In this document: positions 16,663 to 31,579 of the stretch, piece after piece
How the letters are laid out: every line of letters starts with the position of its first letter
How positions within the stretch are numbered: the stretch's first letter is position 1
From: Mustelus asterias
Lineage: Eukaryota
Length of the DNA: 64,000 nt
Direction: 5' to 3'
Assembly: GCF_964213995.1 (NCBI RefSeq)
Contig: NC_135821.1
Span: 4,774,001-4,838,000 of the forward strand
Made by a program: the position numbers and the translations under genes
Notes under the pieces: model-generated
What the model was told of the DNA's origin: nothing
Databases searched by the model: none
The model's input: only the letters and a program-made list of their open reading frames with translations

Positions 16663-17124
16663 AAGGCTGGTTTGGGAGATTAGCCTCAATTATGTCACTG
16701 CTTTTGGGCCATAGAAACCTACAGCAGAGAAAGAAGCCATTCGGCCCTTCTTGTCTGGACTGGCTCCTCATTGAAGCAGTCTTGTTTAATGCCACATCCT
16801 TACTTTTTATTCCTATGCTTCAAGCTGTTTAACTCCCCTCTAAGATTATTCATATAATAGAATTCTACTACTGTTTCAGATTGTGTGTCCCAGGTCCAAG
16901 GATACTGTGACATAGTGGCAATGTCACTGGACTAGTAATCCAGAGAGCCCAGGCTAATGCTCTGGGGGCATGGGTTCAAATCCCACCATGACAGATGGTG
17001 AAATTTAAATTTGTTTAATAAAGCTGGAATTGAAAGCTAATCTCAATAACAATGACCATGACAACTATCATCGACTGTTGTAAAAACCCACCTGGTTCAC
17101 TAATGCCCCTTGTCGGGAAGGAGA

Positions 17125-18820
17125 GTTGATTTGATTTGATTTATTATTGTCACATGTACTGGTATACAGTGAAAAGGAAACAGGCCCTTTGACCCAACTT
17201 GTCCATGCCGCCCTTTTTATTTTAAAACCCCTAAGCTAATCCCAAATGCCTGCATTTGGCCCATATCCCTCTATACCCATCGTACCCATGTAACTGTCTA
17301 AATGCTTTTTAAAAGATAAAATTGTACCCGCCTCTACTACTACCTCTGGCAGCTTGTTCCAGACACTCACCACCCTCTGTGTGAAAAAATTGCCCCTCTG
17401 GACACTTTTGTATCTCTCCCCTCTCACCTTAAACCTATGCCCTCTAGTTTTAGACTCCCCTATCTTTGGGAAAAGATATTGACTATCTACCTTGTCTATG
17501 TCCCTCATTCTTTTATAGATCTCTATAAAGTCACCCCACAGCCTCCTACGCTCCAGAGAAAAAAGTCCCAGTCTCTTCAGCCTCTCCTTATAACTCAATC
17601 CATCAAGTCCCGGTAGCATCCTAGTAAATCTTTTCTGCACTCTTTCTAGTTTAATAATATCCTTTCTATAATAGGGTGACCAGAATTGCACACAGTATTC
17701 CAAGTGTGGCCTTACCAATGTCTTGTACAACCTCAACAAGACGTCCCAACTCCTGTATTCAATGTTCTGACTGAAACCAAGCATGCCGAATGCCTTCTTC
17801 ACCACTCTGTCCACCCGTGACTCCACTTTCAAGGAGCTATGAACATGTACCCCTATTGTTTCTTACATGCTATACAGACAAAGCATACCATTCATGAAGT
17901 ACAGAGGTGAGAAGGAAAAGAGAGAATGCAGAATGTAGTGTTACAGTCATAGCTAGGGTGTAGAGAAAGATTAACTTAATGTGAGGTAGGTCCATTCAAA
18001 AGTCTGATGGCAGCAGGGAAGAAGCTGTTCTTGAGTCGATTGGTACGTGACCTCAGACTTTGGTATCTTTTTCCCGACGGAAGAAGGTTAAAGTTAAAAA
18101 TTTATCAATTAGTGTCACAAGTAAGGCTTACATTAACACTGCAATGAAGTTACTGTGAAAATCCCCTAATCGCCACACTCTGGTGCCTGTTCGGGTAACA
18201 CTGAGGGAGAATTTAGCACAGCCAATGCACCTAACCAGCACGTCTTTTGGACTGTGGGAGGAAACCGGAGCACCCGGAGGAAACCCATGCAGACTCGGTA
18301 AAGACAGTGATGCAAGCCAGGAATTGAACCCAGATCCCTGGAGCTGTGAGGCAGCAGTGCCAACCACTGTGTCACCGTGCCACCCTGGAAGAGAGTATGT
18401 TTGGGTGCATGGAGTCCTTGATTATGCTGACTACTTTTCTGAGGCTGCGGGAAGTGTAGAGTCAATGGATGGGAGGCTGGTTTGTGTGATGGACTGGGCT
18501 ATGTTCACAACCCTTTGTAGTTTCTTGCGGTCTTGGTCAGAGCAGGAGCCAGACCAAGCTGTGATACATCTGGAAAGGATGCTTTCTGTGGTGCATCTGT
18601 AAAACTTGGTGAGAGTTGTCGCGGACATGCTGAATTTCCTTAGCTTCCTGAGAAAGTAGAGAGCTTTCTTAACTATAGCGCCAGTGTGGAGGGACCAGGT
18701 CAGGTTGTTGGTGATTTGAACATCTAGAAACTTGAAGCTCTCGACCATTTCCACTTCATCCCCATTGATGTAGACAGGGGCATGTTCACCACTATGCTGA
18801 CTATCTCTTTTGTTTTACTA
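17125..18820 (-). mobile_element. Rex1/Babar-like LINE 3' part interrupted by a CR1 (17176-17853) and a V-SINE (18088-18384)
   Basis: ORF 18431-18754 VESFKFL.V.ITNNLTWS.H...KKA..FLRKLRKF...FYRCT.ESIL; the sequence resumes across both inserts. Confidence 0.8.
17176..17853 (-). mobile_element. CR1/HER1-like LINE 3' fragment
   Basis: ORF 17236-17832 LYKTLVRPHLEYCVQFWSPY...RVQKRFTRMLPGL. Confidence 0.92.
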
Positions 18821-19379
18821 ACATCTACTGTCCCTACCTGGTCAGGGCTACAGGTGACTCCAGACCCATAGCGATGTGGTTGAATCATAACCGCACTCTG
18901 AAATGGCCTGGCAAGCCACTCAGTTCAAGGGCAATAGAGGACGGATAACAAATGTTGGCCTTGCCAGTGATGCCCACATCCCGTGAAAGAATAAAGAAAA
19001 AAAAAGTTGCAATCTCCCAGTAAAATAATGGCTCCACATCCCTCCTCTAGATTTTCCTTCCAATAATTTTGGTTTCTGGTTTCGTCCACTCATCACAGGG
19101 AATAATATTTCTCTATCAAAACTTTTCATGGTTTTCAGGACTTGAACAAAGGCTAGGAGGTGACATCTTAATCTTCCCGTCCATGCGGCGAACAGTCTTA
19201 AGGTTTGCAACTTCTCACCATTATTGAAGTCTCTCATCTTTGGTAACCCCCCCCCCAGCTCCCATTCTGAAGGTTCTTGAGATTCTTAAACCCTGAAAGT
19301 GTCTCAGAGTCCTACACTGCAAAGTACATGCTAAATTTCTCTTTTCGTCAAAACACCTTTGGCCAAGTTTGTTAATTAC

Positions 19380-20057
19380 AAAGTTAAAGTTTATTTATTC
19401 ATCACAAGTAGGCTTACATTCACACTGTAATGAAGTTACTGTGAAAATCCCCTAGTCGCCACACTCCAGCGCCTGTCCGGGTACACTGAGGGAGAATTCA
19501 GCACGGCCAATGCACCCTAACCAGCACATCTTTAGGACTGTGGGAGGAAACCGGAGCACCCGGAGGAAACCCACGCAGACACGGGGAGAACGTGAACATT
19601 TCCCACAGACTGTGACCCAAGCCGGGAATCAAACACGGGTCCCTTTCGCTGTGAGGCAGCAGTGCTAACCACGGTGCAACCCAATCCATCACGCAAACCA
19701 GCCTCCCATCCATTGACTCTGTCTACACTTCCCGCTGCCTCGGCAAAGCAGCCAGCATAATCAAGGACCCCATGCACCGCGGACATTCTCTCTTCCACCT
19801 TCTTCCTTCGGGAAAAAGATACAAAAGTCTGAGGTCACGTACCAACCGACTCAAGAACAGCTTCGTCCCTGCTGCCATCAGACTTTTGAATGGACTAAGT
19901 TGATCTTTCTCTACACCCTAACTATGACTGTAACACTACATTCTGCACCCTCTCGTTTCCTTCTCTATGAACGGTATGGTTTGTCTGTATAGCGCGCAAG
20001 AAACAATACTTTTCACTGTACGCTAATACATGTGACAATAATAAATCAAATCAAAAT
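19380..20057. mobile_element. V-SINE (minus, 19380-19678) joined to a Rex1-like LINE 3' end (plus, 19680-20057)
   Basis: SINE head/V-domain and Rex1-type tail TGTGACAATAATAAATCAAATC. Confidence 0.75.
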
Positions 20058-20065
20058 CATTAGAG

Positions 20066-20536
20066 TGGCACGGTGGCACAGAGGTTAGCACTGCTGCCTC
20101 ACAGCGCCAGAGACCTGGGTTTGATTCCAGCCTCGGGTCACTGTCTGTGTGGAGTTTGCACATTCTTCCCGTGTCTGCGTGGGTTTCCTCCAGGTGCTCC
20201 TGTTCCCTCCCACAGTCCAAAGATGTGCAGGTTAGGTTGATTGGTCATGCTAAATTAACCCTAGTGTCAGGGATATTAGCAGGATAAAATATGAGGGGTT
20301 ACAGGAATGGGGCCTGGGTGGGATTGTGGTCGGTGCAGACTCCATTGGGCCGAATGGCCTCCTTCTGCACTGTAGGGATTCTATGATCTTTGGACTGTGG
20401 GAGGTAATCAGAACACCTGGAGGAAATTCACACAGAGACGGGGAGAATGCGCAGACTCCACACAGGCAGTGACCCAAATTGGGACTGGGAATCGAACCCG
20501 GATCCCTGGCGCTGTGAGGCTGCAGTGCTAACCACT
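20066..20536. mobile_element. Two V-SINEs tail-to-tail (plus 20066-20386, partial minus 20387-20536)
   Basis: GGCACGGTGGCACAG head on the plus strand; CAGTGCTAACCACT head on the minus strand. Confidence 0.75.
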
Positions 20537-21478
20537 GGAGTATGCAAAAATAATTCTCTCCCTGGGCATTTCCCCTTACCTTACTCTCTCTGAGATATCA
20601 TGTAGGCACATCTGGTTTCATTACAGATGTGGATCAGTCCTCAATTTATTGATGAGATTCCTTTCCTTGGATTAAAACTCTGGTCTTGATAGAGGTGGCA
20701 TTGATTCACATCTGGAGTCACCAATCACACTACAGGCACAAGCCTCTCGGGAGAGGCGATAATATTAACATGGAATGACTAAAGACTGGAATTTCACTAC
20801 CCTCACCGCTGTTCCCAGCACTATTCCTAAAATTAACTTGGAAAGATTGGATAATTACATTTTGCAGCATTTGAACCCATCCATAGAAGTGAATGAGACA
20901 AATGGAGTACAGTGGCAGATTGATTAGCATTGCTGCTTCACAGCGCCAGGGACCCAGATTCAATTCAGGCCTCAGCCACTGTCTGTGTGGAGTTTGCACA
21001 TTCTCCCCGTGTCAGTGTGGGTTTCCTCCGGGTGCTCCGTTCTTCTCCCACAGTCCAAAGGTAGGTGGATTGGCCACACTAAATTGCCCCTTAGTGTCCA
21101 AAGATGTGCAGGTTAGGTGGATTGGCCATGGTAAATTGTCCCTTAGTGTCAGGAGGATTAGCAGGGTAAATGTGTGAGGTTATGGGATTGTGGTCGGTAC
21201 AAATGCGATGGGCCGAATGGCCTTCCCCTGTACTGTAGGGATTCTATGATAGAGTAAGATTTGGAAAGGATGATTCTTATTTAGTATAAAATGCACAATG
21301 GGACTAAACCCAGATGCTGCAGATTGTGTTAATATGCGGCAAGATCTGGACAGCATTCAGGCTGGGGCTGGTGAATGGCAAATAACATTCACGTCATGAA
21401 TGCCGGACAATAGCCAACGCCAATCGAACTATCTCCCTGATAACCCTGCCAATCTATTTCCTTTTCATGTCTACATCC

Positions 21479-21781
21479 GGCAGCACGGTGGCACAGTGGT
21501 TAGCACCGCTGCCTCACAGCGCCAGGGACCCGGGTTCGATTCCTGGCTTGGGTCACTGTCTGTGCTGAGTCTGCACATTCTCCCCGTGTCTGCGTGGGTT
21601 TCCTCCGGGTACTCCGGTCTCCCCCCACAGTCTGAAAGACGTGCTGGTTAGGTGGATTGGCTGTACTAAATTTTCCCTCAGTGTACCCGATCAGTCGCCG
21701 GACTGTGGCGACTAGGGGATTTTCACAGTAACTTCATTGCAGTGTTAATGTAAGTCTACTGATGACACTAATAAATAAACT
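21479..21781 (+). mobile_element. V-SINE, alternative-tail subfamily
   Basis: GGCAGCACGGTGGCACAGTGGTTAGC...GGTTCGATTCC...CACAGTAACTTCATTGCAGTGTTAATGTAAG...AATAAATAAAC. Confidence 0.85.
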
Positions 21782-22544
21782 GCAAATTTATTATTGAACC
21801 TGCCCCCATCCTTTCAGACAGAGAATTCCTGATTGTACCAACTAACTGCTTAAAAATAATCCACATCTCTCCCTGTTTCCCCTCATGTTACTGTTCCTCT
21901 GAGATCCCATGTGTTCACATCTGGTTTCATTACAGATATGGATCAGTCCTGGATTGGCTGATGTGTTTCCTTGGATTAAAACTCCGGTTTGAGTGGGCCA
22001 GATGGGGGAGGAAGTAATTCACATCTGGAGCCACCAGTCACGCAACAGGCCCGAGCCTCTGCGGGGAGATGGCACCAATAGGCACAGTTGACCCACCTGA
22101 CAAGAAAATGTATCTGGGTATTGACACCCGTTCTGGTCAAAAAGGACCCGAAATGCCCTGTGGTCACAAAGGGCTTTGTTTAAACTTATGGTGGACATCA
22201 CATGGTAACTCAATGGCCAACCAGATGGACAGCTGAGGCATTGATGAAGATCCGTGCGTCACTGGCTCAGAGGGAACTATTGATTGATTCTTTCCACAGG
22301 AAATTGTTTGGATTCTCTATGGTAACCTGGAGGGAGTTGGGTAGATGTTGGGTTTGAAAGGTTCATGCTGAGAAGCAGCACATTTTGGGATTCATGTATT
22401 TTTTCACAATAGCAAAGTTGAAAGCTTCCTGGAAACTACGAGAGCGGCGAAGATATTAAGATGCAATCACTGAAGACAGCAATTTCATTGCAGTTCACAT
22501 GTACATTCCCAAAATCAACTCCTAATCATAATCGAATCAACTTC

Positions 22545-22957
22545 TAAACTACAAAAGGTTGTGAATGTAGCCCAATCCATCACGCAATCCAGCCTCCCAT
22601 CCATTGACTCTGTCTACACTTCCCGCTGCCTCGGAAAAGCAGCCAGCATAATTAAGGCCCCCACACACCCCGGACATTCTCTCTTCCACCTTCTTCCATC
22701 AGGAAAAAGATACAAAAGTCTGAGGTCTCGTCCCAACCGACTCAAGAACAGCTTCTTCCCTGCTGCTGCTGTCAGACCTTTGAATGGACCGACATTGCAT
22801 GAAGTTGATCTTTCTCTACACCCTAGCTATGACTGTAACACTACATTCTACACCCTCTCCTTTCCTTCCCTATGAACGGTATGCTTTGTCTGTATATTGT
22901 GCAAGAAACAATACTTTTCACTGCATACTAATACATGTGACAATAATAAATCAAATC
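22545..22957 (+). mobile_element. Rex1/Babar-like LINE 3' fragment
   Basis: ORF 22561 ...HPGHSLFHLLPSGKRYKSLRSR.NRLKNSFFPAA. Confidence 0.8.
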
Positions 22958-23417
22958 AGTATTACAGTTGCAGCGTCAACATTTGAATCCATTCAAAGGG
23001 GTTAGGAGATAAATGGGGTATCAGCAGAATTTGATATGTATGATGTGAATATGCAAGGAATAGCGGGATATGGAGCAAGGGCAGGCAGAAGGGATTAGCT
23101 TAATTTGGCATCATGTTCAGCACAACATTGTGGGCCGAAGGGCCGGTTCCTGTGCTGTAACGTTAATGTTTTCGAGACTTCTATGGAATAGTTTTTGGGA
23201 TTTGGTTTCTAGGTTGCTGGGAGGAGTTAAAGGGAGGTCAAGCATGGTAGGAAGTGAAATATTTTATTTACCTCACCGTTTTTAAGAATTTGGTTTGTGC
23301 ATTTGATGAAAGACATTAGTCCTTCCAGAAGAAGGAAGTATGATCCAGTTCCCCACATTCTTCTCTGCTCAATAACTTATGCAAGGTACACATGGACATC
23401 ACATGTTCACTCAATGG

Positions 23418-23553
23418 ACAGTAAGAAGTTTAACAACACCAGGTTAAAGTCCAACAGGTTTATTTGGTAGCAAAAGCCACACAAGCTTGTGTGGCTTTTG
23501 CTACCAAATAAACCTGTTGGACTTTAACCTGGTGTTGTTAAACTTCTTACTGT
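23418..23553. repeat. Perfect 136-bp palindrome made of two Penelope termini
   Basis: 68-bp arms with no spacer, centred on AAGCTT (23483-23488); arms match the Penelope end at about 35056-35126; direct repeat CACTCAATGGACA at 23408-23420 and 23592-23604. Confidence 0.9.
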
Positions 23554-23898
23554 GTTTACCCCAGTCCAACGCCGGCATCTCCACATCATGACACTCAATG
23601 GACAACAGAGACTTTGAAAGCCTTTGGTTTCGATGGAATCTTCGATTGATCCTTCCCACGGGAAACTCTTTGAATCCAGTATCACAACCTATAGGGAGTA
23701 GGGATGGTGCGGAGTACAGAAAACTCCCGGTGGGGAAGAATCATTCTTCACAATTTGTGAATGGTGCTGGAGTGTGAAGTATAAGGAGAGTAGTCACAAC
23801 TCGGCTGACATCAACATTGCAATGAAGTTTCTGTGAAAATCCCCCAGAGATGCAAAGATATGAACGTGACCGTATATCCAATAACTGAAGACTCTAGA

Positions 23899-24181
23899 GG
23901 CAGCACGGTGGCACAGTGGTTAGCACTGCTGCTTCACAGCGCGAGGGACCTAGGTTCGATTCCCAGCTTGGGTCACTGTCTGTGTGGAGTTTGCACGTTC
24001 TCCCTGTGTCTGTGTGGGTTTCCTCCGGGTGCTCCGGTTTCCTCCCACACTCCAAAGACGTGCTGGTTAGGGTGCATTGGCTTGAACAGGCGCCGGAGTG
24101 TGGAGACTGGGGGAATTTCACAGTTACTTCATTGCAGTGTTAATGTAAGCCTTACTTGTGACTAATAAATAAATTTTAACT
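23899..24181 (+). mobile_element. V-SINE, alternative-tail subfamily
   Basis: Intact tRNA-like head, V-domain and tail. Confidence 0.85.
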
Positions 24182-24448
24182 TAATTTCATTGCAGTTCTC
24201 AACTAAATTCCTAAAATTAATTAGTTACTTTTGCTTTCAGAGTGAGATAATGAGGGTAATTAAGTCTGGGACAGGGTAGAGGTGAAGGGAGAGAGCAATA
24301 GGAGAAAATGTTGAACATCAGATAAATGCAACTGTAGAAATGAAGCTTCAATCATTTATGGGGCTGGAAGAGACCAATAGAATATGAAAAAGTTGATTCC
24401 TATTTGATATGAAATATACAATATTATCCTATGCAAAACAAAGAGAAA

Positions 24449-24742
24449 GAATCATAGAATCCCTACAGTACAGGAGGAGGCCATTCGGCCCAATGAGTCT
24501 GTACTGACCACAATCCCATCCAGGTCCTATTCCCGTAACTCCACTCTGTTAATCCACTCTGACACTAAGGGTCAATTTAACACGGCCAATCAACCTAACC
24601 CGCACATCTTTGGAGTGTGGGAGGAAACCCACGCAGACACAGGGAGAATGTGCAAACTCCACACAGACAGTGACCCAAGCCGGGAATCGAACCCAGGTCC
24701 CTGGCGCTGTGAGGCAGCAGTGCTAACCCACTGTGTCACCCG
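24449..24742 (-). mobile_element. HE1-like V-SINE
   Basis: Head, V-domain and CR1-type tail on the minus strand. Confidence 0.8.
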
Positions 24743-26484
24743 TATTCACGCCTTGCAATACAGCATGGGCACTTTCACTGTCCTTTCCAAATTTTTACTG
24801 AACAGCATATCCAATTGGGAACGAGGATAGATTTACAAACTAATTTCAATCTTCCAACATGGGAACTGTCACTTTTCCTCCCTTATTAGGCCAGTAATTA
24901 AATATGGAATGTTGCTTGCCCAGTGACCTAATTTTAGCTCCCTTTAGTACCAGCAGTGAAGGGAACTTGTGTGTGTGTATAGGGCTGCTAGTTGTTGGTG
25001 ACACAGTGGCACAGTGATTAGTACTGCTGCCTCTCAGCACCAGGGTCCCAGGTTCAATTCCAGTTCTCCGTGTGGGTTTCCTCCCTCACTCCAAAGATGG
25101 GCAGGTTAGTGGATTGGCTATGCTAAATTGACCCAAGCGTCAGGGGACTAGTAAGGCAACAGGAATAGGGCCTGGGTGGGATGGTGGTTGGTACACACTT
25201 GACAGGCTGAATGGCCCCCTCTGTACTGTAGGGATTCTATGATAAGCACTAACAGTTCAGTGCATTTTAATAATATCAGGGGAAAGGCAAGAAATGGGAA
25301 TATTTTGTATATTAATAGCCACACATTTGAACTAAAGTAATTAAGACAGGGGTGTGAATAGGCTGGGGCATTTTGTGTTAATGAGCCTAGAACCACCTCA
25401 AACAGATGTCTACCTAAGGCAAGTTAGGATTAATAGCTGCAGAATTTGAATATGTTAAAGGACTTACAGGAAAGATACAAGGGGTGAAGGAAATTTGGAT
25501 AGAGTTAATGTTACTCAAGTGAGATTAAGGTAAATTTGAGACATGGTAGATTTAAATACCAAGACCTACAGGAAGCAGGAATAGCTGTTTACTTTTCAGT
25601 GAGCTGTGTATAAAGGAAGCTTACAGAAAAGGAAAAAAATGCTGCTTTACCTTAAATTACTGGATTGATCGTAATCTATATTTGTGTCACAAATAAGGCT
25701 TACATTAACACTGCAATGAAGTTAATGAAATTGCCCTAATCTGGCACCTGTTCAGGTCAATGCACCTAACCAGCATATCTTCAGATTGTGGGAGGAAATC
25801 TGAGCACCCGGAGGAAACCTATGCAGACATGGGGAGAATGTGCAAACTCCATACAGACAGTGACCCAAGCTGGGAATTGAACCTGGGTTCCTGGTGCTGT
25901 GAAGGAGCAGTGCTAACCACTGTGCCACCATGGTGTTATCATACAGATAGGAGAGTGGTCCTGTGGACCCTATTATCCCCTTTCCCCCCACCCCATTTGT
26001 TGCATTTCAAAACCTAGGAGTTTGGAAATGAAGTTAGAGGACAATGATCTCAAGTCTGATTTGACCAGCTTAGCATTTACCATCAGCTGTGCCCTGTACA
26101 GTGGTTTACCCAGTGTAGTGTCACAACCCATTCAATATGGCGCCTTAAACTGAGTGCTGGATGAATGTCCTGAAAGCAATTTGCAGCTAGTGTCTAAAGC
26201 TTCCAGTTCTTTGTAGGCCAAGTGTCAGTCTGTGGTGCAATACATCAGTCCTAAGTATTGCAACACTAAGTGCACTAAAACAATTAAATGTTGGCATAGG
26301 TGTAATCTAATTTACAATGGCAGAAACCTCATGTTATCTCAACTGAAAAGACACTAAAAACAAACCTAGTCCATGTTGAACAATTGATTTATTTCTCAAT
26401 GGAGCAAGATATCAATGGCTCCTGGTACACAGGGCAAAAGGCCAGTTATACATAGGATACTGAACACAAGTTTGATCCCAGCAA

Positions 26485-28657
<2,173 letters not shown>

Positions 28658-28717
28658 CTTCACTATTACTATCACCTAGTAAGTTCTAGAATTGCCCCTT
28701 TCTAACACAAGCTCTTG

Positions 28718-28808
28718 TATTTATACCACTGGGCCATCCTGCATTCAAACTGGGAATGACATCACCAATGATGATTGACACTCTCTGACAGCCAATCAGG
28801 AATCTGCC
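28718..28808 (-). promoter_or_regulatory. Ferritin D core promoter (TATA, CRE-like, CCAAT)
   Basis: TATAAATA at 28718-28725 on the minus strand; shared promoter module. Confidence 0.8.
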
Positions 28809-28989
28809 TTTTTTTAACGTAGAACAGGAGGGTCCCTGATTGGGCCATCAAATAGGACTCAATCGAGAATTTCATTTGTTTATTACAAAAACAGTTACAA
28901 ATATTCAAAATACAAATATGAAAGATACATTACCAATGCCATCCATTTATCAATAATCTACAATTACTATCTTCTATTTAGGAATGGTT
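28809..28989 (-). mobile_element. Unidentified retroposed insert with A-tail next to the ferritin D CCAAT box
   Basis: Starts with a T run (A-tail on minus); flanked by a 14-bp near-perfect repeat ATCAGGAATC(T/A)GCC at 28795-28808 and 28990-29003. Confidence 0.65.
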
Positions 28990-29010
28990 ATCAGGAATCA
29001 GCCATCAATC

Positions 29011-29772
29011 AAACTACTCAGTTAATGGAAGGGTGTTGGTGAGAGTTACAGAACAAAGAGATCTAGGGGTACATGTTCATAGCTCCTTGAAAGTGGAGTC
29101 ACAGGTGGACAGAGTGGTGAAGAAGGCATTCGGCATACTTGGTTTCATCGGTCAGAACATTGAATACAGGAATTGGGACGTCTTATTGAAGTTGTACAAG
29201 ACATTGGTAAGGCCACACTTGGAATACTGTGTGCAATTCTGGTCACCCTATTATAGGAAGGATATTATTAAACTAGAAAGAGTGCAAAAAAGATTTACTA
29301 GGATGCTACCAGGATTTGATGGATTGAGTTATAAGGAGAGGCTGGATAGACTGGGACTTTTTTCTCTGGAATGTAGGAGGCTGAGGGGTGATCTTATAGA
29401 GGCCTATAAAATAATGAGGGGCACAGATCAGCTAGATAGCCAATATCTTTTCCCAAAAGTAGGGGAGTCTAAAACTAGAGGGCATAGATTTAAAGTGAGA
29501 GGGGAGAGATACAAAAGTGTCCAGAGGGGCAATTTTTTCACACAGAGGGTGGTGAGTGTCTGGAACAAGCTGCCGGAGGTAGTAGTAGAGGCGGGTACAA
29601 TTTTGTCTTTTAAAAAGCGTTTAGACAGTTACATGGGTACGATGGGTATAGAGGGATATGGGCCAAATGCAGGCAATTGGGATTAGTTTAGGGGTTTAAA
29701 AAAAAAAGGGTGGCATGGACATGTTGGGCCGAAGGGCCTGTTTCCATGCTGTAAACCTCTATGACTCTATGA
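29011..29772 (+). mobile_element. CR1/HER1-like LINE 3' fragment inserted in the ferritin D promoter
   Basis: ORF 29033-29686 is an open CR1 ORF2 C-terminus; promoter sequence CCATCAATC|CAGGC is split by the insert; tail CTCTATGACTCTATGA. Confidence 0.92.
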
Positions 29773-29992
29773 AACCAGGCCCCAGTTAACAAAGGAGAGA
29801 GGATGGGGGAGGGTGCAATTCAGCCAATTAGAATAAAAGCAAATTACTGTGGATGCTGGAATCGGAAACAGAAAATGTTGGAAAATCTCAGCAGGTCTGA
29901 CAGCATCTGTGGAGAGAGAATAGAACCAATGTTTCGAGTCCGGATGACCCCTGCTCAGTGTTGAATTAGTGTAGTGATTATCTCACTATCTA

Positions 29993-30266
29993 AAGTAAAG
30001 TTAAAGTTTATTTATTAGTCACAAGTAAGGCTTACACTGCAATGAAGTTACCATGAAATTCCCCTAGTTGCCACAGTCTGGCGCCTGTTCGGGTCAATGC
30101 ACCCGAACCAGCACGTCTTTCAAAATGTGGGAGGAAACTGAAGGAAACCCACACAGACACGGGGAGAATGTGCAAACTCCGCACAGACAGTGACCCAAGC
30201 CGGGAATCAGACCCGGGTCCCTGGCGCTGTGAGGCAGCGGTGCTAAGCACTGTGCTACTGTGCCAT
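29993..30266 (-). mobile_element. V-SINE, alternative-tail subfamily
   Basis: Head, V-domain and tail on the minus strand. Confidence 0.8.
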
Positions 30267-31067
30267 CCCTTAGTGTTTCAGGGGGATTAGGAGGGTTGCA
30301 GCGATGGGGCCTGGGTGGGTCTGGTGTTGGTGCGGGCTCGATGGGCCAAATGGCCTCCTTCTAGAAAGAAAAAGAACACCTCACCGAGGCAGCTGGGAAA
30401 TGTAAATTTAATGAAGAAATCTGCAATGTGCTGACTCTGACCTGCTCTCTGTAAAGGCCCAGCAAGTCCATCAGAGGCTTCAAACCACGACCAAAAGGTC
30501 AAGTCAGATTAAATCAGGATGGACCACCTGACATCAGATTAGGCATTGGAAATGGCAAAGGCACATCTAGCCAACCCTGAAAGTCCCTCATAAACCATTG
30601 TGGACTTGTGCCAGAATTAGGAGAGTTGTCCTAGTAAAGCAACAGTCACTCTCATAGAGTTATACAGCTCAACCACTGTCCAAGCATTCTCCAACACCCA
30701 CCCTGGCATATCAACAGGGCATACCACCAGGGACCCGGGTTCGATTCCCGGCTTGGGTCACTGTCTGTGCGGAGTCTGCATGTTCGCCCCATGTCTGCGC
30801 AGGTTTCCTCCAGGTGCTCCGGTTTCTTCCCACACTCCAAAAGACAGGTCGATTAGGTGCGTTGGCCGTGCTAAATTCTTCCCTGAACAGACAGCGGAGT
30901 GTGGTGACGAGGGGATTTTCACAGTAACTTCATCGCAGTGTTAACGTAAGCCCACTTGTGATACTAATAAATACGTTTTAGAGGTGGTAGCATAGTGGTA
31001 TCCAGTCAGGAGGGAGTTGCATTGAGCTCCCTCAACATTAACACCAGACCCTATGAAGGCCAATGGT

Positions 31068-31579
31068 GTCATAGAGTCATCGAGGTTTAAGCATGGGAAC
31101 AGGCCCTTCAGCCCAACTTGTCCATGCTGCCCTTTTTTTAACCACTAAGCTAGTCCCAATTGCCTGCATTTGGCCCATATCCCTCTATACCCATCTTACC
31201 CATGTAGCTGTCTAAGTGCTTTTTAAAAGACAAAATTGTATCCGCCTTTACTACTACCTCTGGCAGCTCGTTCCAGACACTCACCACCCTCTGTGTGAAA
31301 AAATTGCCCCTCTGGACACTTTTGTATCTCTCCCCTCTCACCTTAAACCTATGCCCTCTAGTTTTAGACTCCCCTACCTTTGGGAAAAAGATGTTGACTG
31401 TCTAGCTGACCTGTGCCCCTCATTATTTTATAGATCTCTATAAGATCACCCCTCAGCCTCCTACGCTCCAGAGAAAAAAGTCCCAGTCTATCCAGCCTCT
31501 CCTTATAACTCAAACCATCAAGTCCCGGTAGCATCCTAGTAAATCTTTTCTGCACTCTTTCTAGTTTGATAATATCCTT
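31068..31579 (-). mobile_element. CR1/HER1-like LINE 3' fragment
   Basis: ORFs 31150-31341 and 31364-31555 (one frameshift) encode the CR1 C-terminus. Confidence 0.9.

Noticed and set aside
28658-28675. N-terminal extensions (MIVIVK-, MTLILSE-) on ferritin exon 1 ORFs
   Set aside because: They arise from non-ATG starts in the ORF caller; the conserved ATG of MASQ is the start.
29033-29686. 217-aa ORF as a host gene
   Set aside because: It is the C-terminus of CR1 ORF2, repeated at 3783, 17236 and 31150.
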